Source: Candidatus Omnitrophota bacterium
Lineage (GTDB): Bacteria; Omnitrophota; Gorgyraeia; Tantalellales; Tantalellaceae
NCBI GenBank assembly: GCA_028715965.1
Contig: JAQUQS010000003.1
Location: forward strand, 78,494 to 142,493
Direction: 5' to 3'
DNA length: 64,000 nucleotides
The stretch's first letter is position 1. Each line of letters opens with the position of its first letter. A model generated the notes under the pieces. It did not search any database. It saw only the letters and a program-made list of their open reading frames with translations, and was not told the origin of the DNA. Of the stretch, positions 18,458-28,404 are shown piece by piece. The position numbers were made by a program, and so were the translations under genes.

Positions 18458-19126
18458 TCATACGATAGATCGGCGGTAATATTTCTCAGTCTTTCTTACG
18501 TATACGTAAAGGACTACCGGTACCGTAAAATACACCGTGGTACCAAGCCCCGGGTCAAATAATGATATCACTATGGCCAGTATCGACCAGACCGGGATTA
18601 TCAAGCTTCTTTTCCTGTACCATTTGATCATCCGGTCGTCAAGCGCCTGTTGAACTAATCTCTTCCCCGAAGTGGCGTATATCCAGTTCAACGCGAAGAA
18701 CATGCCCGCCAGCAGCAGATTGACCTCAAAAAGTAATGCCGCTATGAGCGTATTGTGATGATCCCCTACTATAGCCGTTGTGAAAGGGATAAGGGTAATG
18801 AACATAAGCCACACGATATTGATCAATATGAGCGAGGCATTGCTTTTTTTTATGAACTTGAACTGGTTATGGTGTTGTATCCAGAAGATACCCAATATCA
18901 TGAAGCTCATGACGTAGTATATAAGGTCGGGCAATAGCCCCGACAACATCGCGACAAGGGCTTCGTTACTGTAAGAACGTTCCGGGTCGAAGATCACCTC
19001 GAAACTAAGGACTAATATCGTCATGGCTATAGCGAATATCCCGTCGCTTAACGCCTCTATCCTCTGTGGCCCTTTGTCCTCGATAATACCGTCATTTACC
19101 ATATATCTTCCCGTGGACACCGTCAT
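18458..19126 (-). CDS. TMEM175 / DUF1211-family potassium channel-like membrane protein
   Basis: RIEALSDGIFAIAMTILV signature (RxxxFSD) at the first helix; six TM segments. Confidence 0.65.
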   Translation of the reverse strand: MTVSTGRYMVNDGIIEDKGPQRIEALSDGIFAIAMTILVLSFEVIFDPERSYSNEALVAMLSGLLPDLIYYVMSFMILGIFWIQHHNQFKFIKKSNASLILINIVWLMFITLIPFTTAIVGDHHNTLIAALLFEVNLLLAGMFFALNWIYATSGKRLVQQALDDRMIKWYRKRSLIIPVWSILAIVISLFDPGLGTTVYFTVPVVLYVYVRKTEKYYRRSIV

Positions 19127-19132
19127 CGACGG

Positions 19133-19423
19133 TCATTGATCGTTCCTCATGGTTATCATTATCAAGTGGTACCCGAAAGCTGTTTTCACCGGGCCATGCA
19201 CCTTGTTGAGCTCCCCACTGAACACGACCTTATCGAACTCGGGCACCATATCCCCCTGGGAGAACTCACCCAGGTCCCCGCCCTGTTTCCCCGACGGGCA
19301 AAGAGAACACTCACAGGCAATATCGGAGAAATCCTCACCCGCCTCAATGCGTGCGATGATCTCCGCGCACTTTTCCTTGGAATCAACGAGAATATGTTTT
19401 GCTTTGGCTCTTTTCATGTCCAC
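19133..19423 (-). CDS. ppiC: Parvulin-type peptidyl-prolyl cis-trans isomerase (PpiC-like)
   Basis: 96 aa; KAKHILV...GGDLGEF...FGYHLI matches the PpiC/Par10 fold motifs. Confidence 0.8.
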   Translation of the reverse strand: MDMKRAKAKHILVDSKEKCAEIIARIEAGEDFSDIACECSLCPSGKQGGDLGEFSQGDMVPEFDKVVFSGELNKVHGPVKTAFGYHLIMITMRNDQ

Positions 19424-19506
19424 CTTTCCTCTCTGTGATATGCCTAAAAAGGGCCGTTATCTCCGCAGGATAACGGCCCCGGACACGTTCCACCCAACAG
19501 ATAACT

Positions 19507-19971
19507 CTATTTTCTATCACATGGGCCCTTACCTTTGTCCCGCCACATCTTCTCGAGCGAACCCATCTGTTCATCCGTAAGCATGTCCTTCAGAGCCGCG
19601 TATTCCCCCACCAGGTACTTCGCTTTCTCTTTTTTCAGCTCGTATTTCTTGTCAAGGAGGTCCCTGGCCGCTTTAACGTCGACCTTGTTCTCCTGGAGCA
19701 TGGTCTTTATGTCCACGGCGACAAGGTCTATTTCAGCGTTCTTTTTTATCATTTCCTTCTTCACCGCGGTCTTGATCGCGTTTATCTGCCGCACCTGTTC
19801 GTCGGTAAGCCCCAGCTCATCCCGATTATCCACCATATAACTGGCTTTATGGTATATCTTGCTGTCCATCCCCTTCTTCCCATACGCCATGGCAGATCCA
19901 GGCCCGACCAGCGTGAACATCAAGGTCCCACATATTACCAGAGCCAGAACATTAATGCCTTTTTTTCTCAT
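19507..19971 (-). CDS. Periplasmic LTxxQ-motif protein (Spy/CpxP family), second copy
   Basis: Signal peptide (MRKKGINVLALVICGTLMFTLVGPGSAMA) and two LTDEQ motifs. Confidence 0.6.
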   Translation of the reverse strand: MRKKGINVLALVICGTLMFTLVGPGSAMAYGKKGMDSKIYHKASYMVDNRDELGLTDEQVRQINAIKTAVKKEMIKKNAEIDLVAVDIKTMLQENKVDVKAARDLLDKKYELKKEKAKYLVGEYAALKDMLTDEQMGSLEKMWRDKGKGPCDRK

Positions 19972-20047
19972 GGCCCTCTCCTTTCCTTTATATCGCGTGT
20001 TTTTCCGTCCACATAGAGCCCGTTCCCAGCGACCCATAGCCTATCCT

Positions 20048-20755
20048 CTATTTTTTTGAGAATCTCTCGAGTATACGGCCCGCCCAAACCGTTCCTCCCA
20101 GCCCGAAAGCGAGAACGAACGAGATACATAGTGTCAGGTATGTGACACTGAAGAACACCATGAAGATATCACGCGGCAGGCCGATACGGGACAGGCATAC
20201 CGTGGCCGTGAAGACCAGTACGGACCACTTGGCTATGCCTCCGAAAAGTTCGGGCCGTCCTATCTGTGCCGCCTCGGCCGCGCCTTTTACCACGCGCGAC
20301 AATATCATGCTCAGGAATATACCCGCCACGGCTATGACCGATACCATGAATACCGCCACTACGTACGACAGTATCTGGTCGACCTGCGCCGACACCATCC
20401 TCATCCTGAAGCGGTCGAGCGCCACCGTGAACACAACGACCATCGTCCACCAGAAAGCGGCCAACCCGAACCATTTGTGCGGCGCGAGTTTCCCTTCCGC
20501 TCCTCCGGTAAGTTCTGTAAGACCGATCTTTCCGGCTATAGCATCGAATCCCATGGACCTAAGGCACACCTGGACCACTAACCGTACCATCTGGGCCAAG
20601 AGCCACCCGACCAGGATCGTCAACAATCCCGCCACAAGGTCAGGCAAGAACCTCACCGTCTCGACGAACATGCCCTTAAGCGGCAGCACGACCAACTGGT
20701 TCCAGTCAAGTGTCGCGGCCCCGCTGTAGGAATTATACGTGGTATTGTACATCAT
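20048..20755 (-). CDS. Integral membrane protein (5-6 TM), function unknown
   Basis: Hydrophobic helices throughout; no diagnostic motif recognised. Confidence 0.45.
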   Translation of the reverse strand: MMYNTTYNSYSGAATLDWNQLVVLPLKGMFVETVRFLPDLVAGLLTILVGWLLAQMVRLVVQVCLRSMGFDAIAGKIGLTELTGGAEGKLAPHKWFGLAAFWWTMVVVFTVALDRFRMRMVSAQVDQILSYVVAVFMVSVIAVAGIFLSMILSRVVKGAAEAAQIGRPELFGGIAKWSVLVFTATVCLSRIGLPRDIFMVFFSVTYLTLCISFVLAFGLGGTVWAGRILERFSKK

Positions 20756-20997
20756 CCCCTCCCGTTCTTATACGGCGTTATTCCACCTCGTCGTATCTTT
20801 CTTTCAGTGTTCTATTGATATCCTCTATCCTGGCCTTCGTCCTATGATATACCTTGACCTGCTCTGAGCCGGACAGATACTCCACCGTTCCGGGCTCGCT
20901 GTCATCCTTTTCGGCACATCCGGACGCGCACATCCCGCATATGAGTATGATCCACACATACCATGACCTGCGTCTTTTTCCATCCCCGCTGGTCCCG

Positions 20998-21654
20998 TTA
21001 ATCATATTCGGCTCTCTCTGTTTCCCCCACTTTCGTGATCTCCATACCGCTCTCTATCGTACTTTCGGAAAGTTCCTCTATTTTCTCATATATAAGACGT
21101 ACTTTTCCTTTCTCAACCTTATACTGGTCCTCCCCCAGCCATTCCCTATAATCCTCTTTCTGCAGGAACATATATGACATCTTATAATACGCGGTTATCG
21201 TGTCCCCATCCTCTTCCAGTGTAATATAGTGGTATATCACGCGTCCCGTAGCCGTATAAGGCGTCATATAACAATGTTTAAGCCTTTTATTTATCCTCTC
21301 GTCATCGACGAACCACTTCTTTATGTATTTGACGTGTTCTTCCCCGCCCTGTGAATCGAGCCCGAGCAGGGTTATAAGCTCGCACTCAAGATTCCCGAAG
21401 CGTATAGCGTCGCCTCCTGAAACTATATCCCTGTCAATAAATGTCTTGCATCCGGTACAAGCTTTCGTGGCAAGATACGCCATTACGGCCTTTTCCTGGT
21501 CCGAGGCGTTATCAAGGAAATCTTTATTGAACTCCAGGCTGGACCCGTCCCACCACAGCACGTCCACGAGGGTTATCCCCGCGCTTTCCAGGGCGAGCAT
21601 GACCCCGAACAGCAGGAATACCGCGACTATTGTAATGGCTGCTCTCTTTTTCAT
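20998..21654 (-). CDS. Hypothetical secreted protein
   Basis: Signal peptide MKKRAAITIVAVFLLFGVMLA; no recognisable domain. Confidence 0.45.
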   Translation of the reverse strand: MKKRAAITIVAVFLLFGVMLALESAGITLVDVLWWDGSSLEFNKDFLDNASDQEKAVMAYLATKACTGCKTFIDRDIVSGGDAIRFGNLECELITLLGLDSQGGEEHVKYIKKWFVDDERINKRLKHCYMTPYTATGRVIYHYITLEEDGDTITAYYKMSYMFLQKEDYREWLGEDQYKVEKGKVRLIYEKIEELSESTIESGMEITKVGETERAEYD

Positions 21655-21758
21655 AGGAATGACAGTTAGTCCCTTGTTGGTACCCACAGAACAGTATATA
21701 TAGCATACCAATCGCCGCCTTTTTTTGCAACACGATAGTGAATACGGCGATATATGGG

Positions 21759-24700
21759 TTAAGCGGCCTTGAGCAGGTCTTGCATAGCGGAATGGAGTTC
21801 CAGTAGTTTTTCCACAGGCATACGCGCCATAGGAGGTATAGCCAGGGATATGGCCAGGTTGATCCTGGTTGACGAGTCATCATAGACCATGTTCTTCAGT
21901 GTCTTTTCGGTTATACCTATACTGCCGTCGGATAGAACAGCGTACAGGTCCCTCAAACGCGAAAGCATGCGGGTATCCTCTATTACCTTGTTCATTTCTT
22001 CTTCTTCAAGCGCGCTTACACCCCGGCCTCTTCTTTTCGCTATCACAAGAGCGGCCTTGGACAGGCCGATCATAAGCGCGGCTTCAAAATTCCTGAAAAC
22101 GACCTGCTTGTTATTAATTCCGGTCAGTCCGTCCATAGCTACCGGGAACTCTCCAGGCCCAAGCTCCATACCACTATCCCTCATCCACTCAAGCCAGGCC
22201 TTCGACAAAATAGGTATTTCTATGGCATTCTCCGCCTGGTCGGCGTTAAGCTTCCCGTTCATTATGGCGTCCGCGTCTATATCCTGGCCGAAAAGTACCG
22301 AAAGCTCACGTATCCTGCCCTTCAAGAGGAATCTCACTTCTTCCTCGGACGCGCCGTTCCTTATCTCCGTAAGCAGACTTTCGGGCATGGTCTTCATGTC
22401 CACGGGATAAGGTTGCCTGAAACTGAACCGGACATTCTCCAGGTCCCGGCATAAGAGCATCAAATGCGCCCACGTTGTTATGTTCGCCTCCATATCCCGC
22501 CGGTCCAGCCCTGATATAAGGGAAAGGTCCACTACAATATGCACCGGAGCCATCTTTCCCGGCATGGAAGGATCATCAAAAACAGCCTCGAGATGTCTCT
22601 TAAGCCCGGTAAACGCCATGATCGCCGCGACATGGGACCGTTGTACATTGTCCCGCGCTTCACTGACCCTCCGAGCAAGCTCACCGGCGGCCGCTTCTCC
22701 GGCCTCACCGATAACCCTGATCATACCAAGCGCGTGCTGGTAGACCGCGTCCTTAAGCCTGTCCGGGTCGTCCACGCTCATTTCGATCATGTTCACGTTC
22801 ATTTCCCCGCCGAAATATGCCGCCGCAAAATATTTTAACGCTTCGTTCTGGACAGCCTTGTTCTCCTCCCCAGCAAGATCTAAGACCTTTATCAGGTTAT
22901 CTATCCTGGCATCGACCCCGTGTCTCAGAAAGCGTTCGTTCTCGCCCGCTATCTCCCAAAAATCCCCCAAGTCAGTGATATTGCCGAGCATATCCGTGTT
23001 TATCATTGATCCATGGGTACTCTCCATAATGTTATTGTTCACCAGTCTGCGCATGTTGCGTCCGTAATTACGGCACATCTCCCTGAAATATTCCTCCAGG
23101 GAACCGAATCCTAATTCATCCAACGCGTCATTAAACTCTTTCTTCTTAGGCGCTCCATCCGTATCAAAGAAGGACGAAAGGCGTCTGTAATCCCCCACAG
23201 GCACACGCAGGGTAATTACATACGGCGCTTCCAGCGTCATATTCGCGAGCGTCCACCTGGTCAGGCTGCCACCGTCATTAAGCACCGATATCTCGCGCGG
23301 GATGGTCGTACCGTACTCATCTCCAAGCCCCACGGGGTTCCTTGTAGCCAGCTGGTGCCACCAATCCAGGAATATCCCGGGTTTACCCACGTATTCATCT
23401 ATCACGGTCGCCGGAAAGCTTGAGTTTATATTATGTTTTTCATATGACGGCGTTCCCGCGTTCTTGAACTCCAGCCCGAACACGTGCCGGCTTTCCTCCC
23501 CTCCGGACCTGAGGTCGTCCGTGGTCCTTATGATCCTTTCTCCACTACTCGTCCTGGAGGTCACTACCGTATACGGTATGGGAAGAAGCATGGACCTTCC
23601 CGCTATCCCCAGCGCGGGCATCTCGAAGGGCTTATCGTCCTTACCATATACCCTGCGTAACCCATATCTTTCATATACTTCCTGGTCGGTAAGCGGCCTG
23701 ACATACGCGATGGTCGGAGCGCCTTCGACTTTGGCGTAAAAAGGACCTGTCGTCAGGACAAGCGCCCCGTTATCCCCGTTGATGATCGAACTCAAATGTC
23801 CAGGGAATTCCACGCCGACCGGAATATCCCACTTGGCCCCTTCTTTTACGTAAACTTGCGCCATTATCGGCGTGAATTTCTTGCCTACCGTAAGGTACCT
23901 TGTTTTACCGGTATCTTTATCGACACTTATGCTGCTTGCCGACACTGCGGCTGATACTTCCTTTCCAGCTTCTTCCTTGAGGGCATAGAACGCGTCCGTC
24001 GCGGCAAGAGGAGTGAACTCCATCCTCCCGGATGGCGCCGCCGGCCCGACAGCGGCCTTTTCCGATCTTTTCGCCTCCATCATCTTCAAGAGAACGTAAT
24101 TAGCTACCGTTCCCGGGGTTATCTCTCGTACGGTCTCTATTTTTTCCGCGCTATGCTCATCGGAAAAATCCTTATGGGCTTTCTCCAGCACTTCCGGGTC
24201 CACTTGCTCAACAAGGGACAGGTACCTGTCCATGTTACGCTGGCTCCATACCCGCCATATGCGCGGGTCCAGGCTCTTTATCTTTGCGGCCTGCCGCGGG
24301 TCCAGTATGGCAGCGGAAATACCGCCGACAAGCTCTATCGACGCGCGCATATCGCCATCGCTATCCCGGTAGGTGGTCGCCCCTATCGTATCGTAATATC
24401 CAATGAGCCCCGCGCCGCCCAAAGCGGCTATCAGCACATCCTCGCGCCTTATATATCGCTTGGCCCACAGGATAAGATAATGCGTCTTTATTATGAAGTT
24501 CCCCAGTCCGCGACCGCGGTTGTCCTGGTAGTTCCTGACGCCGTAGCTTCCCCTTTCCGCCCGGGCTACCTCCCTTAATTCATTCCCATCCGGCCCTATC
24601 TCAACCATGGCAATGTCACTGTTCTCCTCTATCCTGAACTCATATTCGACCCGATCCGGCCCAGTCCCGCTGACCCATTTTGTGCTTCTTTTCTCGCCCA

Positions 24701-26774
24701 GAAGGTCCCACATATCGAATTCATACACCTCGGACAGATAGAACATATCAGCGATATGTTCGGGTTTCATATATTCTTCCATCCTGTCAGGACCTCGCCC
24801 CCACATATCCGACCCCTTACCCTCGAACTGTCCGGCAAGCTTGCGGTATTTGTAATAGAATGTGTTGAGCCGGGAAAACCCTTCTTCGTCCAATTTGATA
24901 TTCCTCTCCACAAGTCCCCGGATACGCGCTATCTCTATATTGTCCACCACCTCCCGAATGGTGGTCTCAAGTGTCTTTCCGCTCGAATCCAGCACAACGG
25001 CGTTCTTCGGCCGGCGTGACGGCATATGTTCTCGATGTTCGTCAAGCTCATCCCTACGCGCGATGCTCCCGGCTACTGCCTCGACCATTCTCCCGAAACG
25101 TTCTTCCTCGGAGACGCTCTCCGCTATACGCGCGTACTCACCAGGCGTAGTTCCTATAACATTGCAATAAGAGGCTTCAAGGCCTTCCTTTTTCACCATC
25201 TGGCGTGTCCTGCGTTCCGCGCGCTCCTCGGGACTGGCGGTCATGTATATTTTTATATCAGCATCCGGGGCGATCTCTATTCCCGTGGTCCTCCCCTCAA
25301 GCACCACAGAGACCCCACGCGCCCGAAGCGTGTCTATCATTTCCCTTATCTTCCTGACGGCGAACCATCGTATCTCGGGTATGGCCGAGACAAAAGGCAC
25401 GTTGCCGGAAATATCCTCGGAATAGAATATCTCCGTGATCTCTTGTTCTCCATAAAAAGAACGCGTAGTCCCTTCCGTTTCTTCCATGCGGAACTTCGCC
25501 ATGTCGATATTCTCCGCTATCTTGCGAAGTTCCTCCTTAGTGGACCGGTCCATATCTTTTTTTATATCCAACCCTTCCTTAAGGGCAAGCCATGTTATAA
25601 GCCGGTATATCTTTCCGGCCGAAAAGAACACCGCCCCCAGCATTTTTGCCGCTTCGGACGCGGATGAGGATTTCCCCGTCCCCGATGGGCCATCTATCGT
25701 CGCTACAAAACTATCGTTAAGTATGGGTTGTTTAGCGTAGATCGGGCCAGTCCTGACATCCGGATATTTCCTCAGATCCAGGTGGGCTCTCCTGATATAC
25801 TCCCCGGTGTCGAGCCTTACTTCTCCCTTTATCGTGCCCGGACCGAACATCCCGCTCCATATATTCTCGCCATTGTAGGTCAGGAACGTCGTAGTTAATC
25901 TCCATCGATTTTCCTTATCAATATCGCGCGAAAGCTCCGTCACGAGTTCCCGCAGGAGATTACGCCCGACACCACGCCCTCTTTCCTGCCTCATGACATA
26001 ATGAAAGTAGATCTTATACCCGGTACGACCGACCTTCCCGTACGAGACGAACCCCAGTATCGGCCCACCCAGCTCACGTATGATTATCATATCGTCACGT
26101 GACCGGTCTATCCCGTCGTCATAATCCACCACGACATCCGGCACATCATCCCTGTAAGCCTTTATAGCCCCGTCTATCATCTCCCTGCGTTTACCTTCAT
26201 CCTTTATCCTGGCGGTATATATGATCTCCGCCTTAGGCGCCTTGCGGGCCCTGGCTATCTCCATGGGCATTATCTTTAAATATTCATCTTGGACAGGTTC
26301 CGCGGCGGCAACGTCTTCCGCATCCGCCGGTTCTATATTGATGCGGGTCTCATCCTTCTGGATATCCTGTATACTGCGGCAAGTGGAAGATATCTTCAGT
26401 TTTTTACCCTTGTACGGCCCCCTGACCACGGTAACAGCCACTACAGTACGGCCATCTTCTTTCCATACCCCTCCCGGCAGCACTTCCATAAGACGCGCTT
26501 TACCGTCTATCCGGCTGTACCATTTATCAAGTTCGGCGTTGATCTCGTGGAAAGGCATCTCTCCATCCCTTAGGGCCATGGCCAGTATAAGAGCCGTCTC
26601 GATACGCAGCGCTTCGGCGTTCTCGCGTCCTACATGATCTGTAACAGGTTTGAATATGGATTGTACCTGGAGGGTCTCCGACGGATCCATGTTATCATAA
26701 CGCGGCAATGCGGCAAATACGGTATCGTTGGACAGGAACAGGCATATGACCAAAGATGAAATTATCCGTTTCAT
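21759..26774 (-). CDS. Giant multidomain protein (about 1670 aa): N-terminal signal/anchor, GNAT acetyltransferase, cytidylate-kinase-like P-loop domain, possible second GNAT motif, large uncharacterised C-terminal half
   Basis: GNAT motif A QERGRGVGRNLL (preceded by ILGFVSYGK); cytidylate-kinase-like VATIDGPSGTGKSSSA and VLDSSGKTLE; second RGRGLGNFIIKTHYLILWAKRY; uninterrupted ORF of 1710 codons. Start set at MKRIISSLVICLF. Confidence 0.6.
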   Translation of the reverse strand: MKRIISSLVICLFLSNDTVFAALPRYDNMDPSETLQVQSIFKPVTDHVGRENAEALRIETALILAMALRDGEMPFHEINAELDKWYSRIDGKARLMEVLPGGVWKEDGRTVVAVTVVRGPYKGKKLKISSTCRSIQDIQKDETRINIEPADAEDVAAAEPVQDEYLKIMPMEIARARKAPKAEIIYTARIKDEGKRREMIDGAIKAYRDDVPDVVVDYDDGIDRSRDDMIIIRELGGPILGFVSYGKVGRTGYKIYFHYVMRQERGRGVGRNLLRELVTELSRDIDKENRWRLTTTFLTYNGENIWSGMFGPGTIKGEVRLDTGEYIRRAHLDLRKYPDVRTGPIYAKQPILNDSFVATIDGPSGTGKSSSASEAAKMLGAVFFSAGKIYRLITWLALKEGLDIKKDMDRSTKEELRKIAENIDMAKFRMEETEGTTRSFYGEQEITEIFYSEDISGNVPFVSAIPEIRWFAVRKIREMIDTLRARGVSVVLEGRTTGIEIAPDADIKIYMTASPEERAERRTRQMVKKEGLEASYCNVIGTTPGEYARIAESVSEEERFGRMVEAVAGSIARRDELDEHREHMPSRRPKNAVVLDSSGKTLETTIREVVDNIEIARIRGLVERNIKLDEEGFSRLNTFYYKYRKLAGQFEGKGSDMWGRGPDRMEEYMKPEHIADMFYLSEVYEFDMWDLLGEKRSTKWVSGTGPDRVEYEFRIEENSDIAMVEIGPDGNELREVARAERGSYGVRNYQDNRGRGLGNFIIKTHYLILWAKRYIRREDVLIAALGGAGLIGYYDTIGATTYRDSDGDMRASIELVGGISAAILDPRQAAKIKSLDPRIWRVWSQRNMDRYLSLVEQVDPEVLEKAHKDFSDEHSAEKIETVREITPGTVANYVLLKMMEAKRSEKAAVGPAAPSGRMEFTPLAATDAFYALKEEAGKEVSAAVSASSISVDKDTGKTRYLTVGKKFTPIMAQVYVKEGAKWDIPVGVEFPGHLSSIINGDNGALVLTTGPFYAKVEGAPTIAYVRPLTDQEVYERYGLRRVYGKDDKPFEMPALGIAGRSMLLPIPYTVVTSRTSSGERIIRTTDDLRSGGEESRHVFGLEFKNAGTPSYEKHNINSSFPATVIDEYVGKPGIFLDWWHQLATRNPVGLGDEYGTTIPREISVLNDGGSLTRWTLANMTLEAPYVITLRVPVGDYRRLSSFFDTDGAPKKKEFNDALDELGFGSLEEYFREMCRNYGRNMRRLVNNNIMESTHGSMINTDMLGNITDLGDFWEIAGENERFLRHGVDARIDNLIKVLDLAGEENKAVQNEALKYFAAAYFGGEMNVNMIEMSVDDPDRLKDAVYQHALGMIRVIGEAGEAAAGELARRVSEARDNVQRSHVAAIMAFTGLKRHLEAVFDDPSMPGKMAPVHIVVDLSLISGLDRRDMEANITTWAHLMLLCRDLENVRFSFRQPYPVDMKTMPESLLTEIRNGASEEEVRFLLKGRIRELSVLFGQDIDADAIMNGKLNADQAENAIEIPILSKAWLEWMRDSGMELGPGEFPVAMDGLTGINNKQVVFRNFEAALMIGLSKAALVIAKRRGRGVSALEEEEMNKVIEDTRMLSRLRDLYAVLSDGSIGITEKTLKNMVYDDSSTRINLAISLAIPPMARMPVEKLLELHSAMQDLLKAA

Positions 26775-26935
26775 CTTTGGGGTAAATGCCGCTCTTTTGT
26801 CCCATGGTCCGCGTGTCATAACGGTCTTCTTCTGGTCCCTTTCCCGTCCCGGCCGGGGCATATCCACCCAATTTGGGGAAGGATGGAACATGCCCTTTTC
26901 CCGGGATACAACAACATAAAAAAAGCCGGATCGCC

Positions 26936-27032
26936 TATCTAGGCAATTCGGCTTTCTGGAATAAACATATCACGTTTATCTAGACCCCAAATTTTGCGCC
27001 CCCATGTCACCACGAGTTTGCCTTTATCTAGA
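26936..27032. promoter_or_regulatory. Cluster of three TATCTAG(A) palindromic sites in a divergent promoter region
   Basis: GCCTATCTAGGC (26934-26945) nested in a longer inverted repeat AAAGCCG...CGGCTTT; TTTATCTAGA at 26975-26984 and at 27023-27032. Confidence 0.35.
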
Positions 27033-27215
27033 TGGTGTTATTATAATACATAGCGTGTGTTAGCTCAATATAAAGTGAGGTGGGTTTTTCATCCCTAACA
27101 TGCGAACTTGTTTAAAAGTTATAGTTTTTGACTATTATGCCTTCTGCATGACGAATATGTTAGGTATACTATAGGTACCATGTTTCAATAACGTTATCCG
27201 ACAGGATGTTATCTT

Positions 27216-28337
27216 ATGCTTTTTCCTGGGTTCCCTAAAGATTATGAGACCTCGTTCCTGGATTTCTACCGGAACCAGACCTTCCTGCAATACAGGTTCT
27301 CCCTGGCCGCGGCTATATTCCTGTATTGCATAGTCGGCATCCTGGACTACTGGGTGGTCCCTGAGATAGTCATGAAGACCTTGACCATGCGTTTTCTCAT
27401 CGTAGCGCCCTTTTGTTCTATTGTGCTCATAACCAGCTTTTATGTTAAGAAGGATAAATTCCTGCAACTGGCCGGCGCGGCGATAGTAACACTGGCCGGC
27501 GTTCTTGTAGTCTGGATGATAGCGCTGGCCCGGGGGACAGAGAACCACCCATATTACGCGGGGCTTCTTACCGTCATTTTCTACGGTTATGGTGTCGTGA
27601 GGCTGCGTTTCATATATTCCTGTATCCCCGGATGGATCATAATGTTGTCATATATCATAGCTTTTTGGACCGGGGCCATAATCCTGTCCCCGCAGGTGTT
27701 CTATACTAACGCCTCGTTCCTGTTGATAGGCAACGTTATCGGGATGCTTATCAGTTATTTTCTCGAGCGCGGTATGAGGACCGAGTACCGCCAACTGATG
27801 GACCTGGAAAAAATGAACAAGGAACTGGAAGAGGTCTCCCTTACCGACAGCTTAACGAACGTGGCCAACAGAAGATGTTTCGACAAGAGGTTCTCCGAAG
27901 AATGGCACCGGGCGTTCAGGGAAAAGAAAGAACTCTCCCTCATCCTTCTGGACGTGGACCATTTTAAGGAATACAACGACAACGAGGGTCATAAGGCCGG
28001 TGACAAATGTCTATCGACGATAGCCTTTTACATAAAAAGGAACATTAACCGGCCCGGGGATTTTGTCGCGCGGTACGGCGGGGAGGAATTCATCATAGTA
28101 TTACCCGGCACACCGGAGTGGGGCGCGCACTTTATAGCCGAGAAGATAAGGAAAGATATCGAGTCTCTCGGTCTCTCGTATATGTCAGACGGCAAGATAC
28201 GCAAGGTCACCATAAGCCTGGGTGTTTTTTCCCGGGTGCCAAGCGAAGAGCATACCTCTCGCCTTTTCTTCGTTTCCGTGGACAAAGCTCTTTATTCCGC
28301 GAAGAACAGCGGCAGGAACAATACTGTGGTAGGCTAG
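27216..28337 (+). CDS. Membrane-anchored diguanylate cyclase (GGDEF domain)
   Basis: Five or six N-terminal TM helices; [14 protein letters not shown] (GGEEF active site); [13 protein letters not shown]. Confidence 0.85.
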   Translation: MLFPGFPKDYETSFLDFYRNQTFLQYRFSLAAAIFLYCIVGILDYWVVPEIVMKTLTMRFLIVAPFCSIVLITSFYVKKDKFLQLAGAAIVTLAGVLVVWMIALARGTENHPYYAGLLTVIFYGYGVVRLRFIYSCIPGWIIMLSYIIAFWTGAIILSPQVFYTNASFLLIGNVIGMLISYFLERGMRTEYRQLMDLEKMNKELEEVSLTDSLTNVANRRCFDKRFSEEWHRAFREKKELSLILLDVDHFKEYNDNEGHKAGDKCLSTIAFYIKRNINRPGDFVARYGGEEFIIVLPGTPEWGAHFIAEKIRKDIESLGLSYMSDGKIRKVTISLGVFSRVPSEEHTSRLFFVSVDKALYSAKNSGRNNTVVG

Positions 28338-28404
28338 ACCTACACCGGCATGCTATCCCGGTCATACTTTCAAAGTGGCAGTATCGAGGAGCGCGTACGG
28401 GGCT

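Noticed and set aside
21869-26637. Many 60-200-aa plus-strand ORFs across 21.8-26.9 kb
   Set aside because: All lie inside and antisense to the uninterrupted 1710-codon minus-strand ORF.
26774-26891. Upstream in-frame extension of the giant ORF (MFHPSPNWVDMPRPG...)
   Set aside because: The hydrophobic signal-like segment begins at MKRIISSLVICLF (start at 26774). The 39 upstream codons are probably untranslated leader, though this is unproven.
26920-26956. AAAGCCG...CGGCTTT hairpin preceded by an A-run, considered as a terminator
   Set aside because: No gene ends here on either strand (both flanking genes start here) and there is no T-tract on the appropriate side. I interpret it as a regulatory palindrome rather than a terminator.
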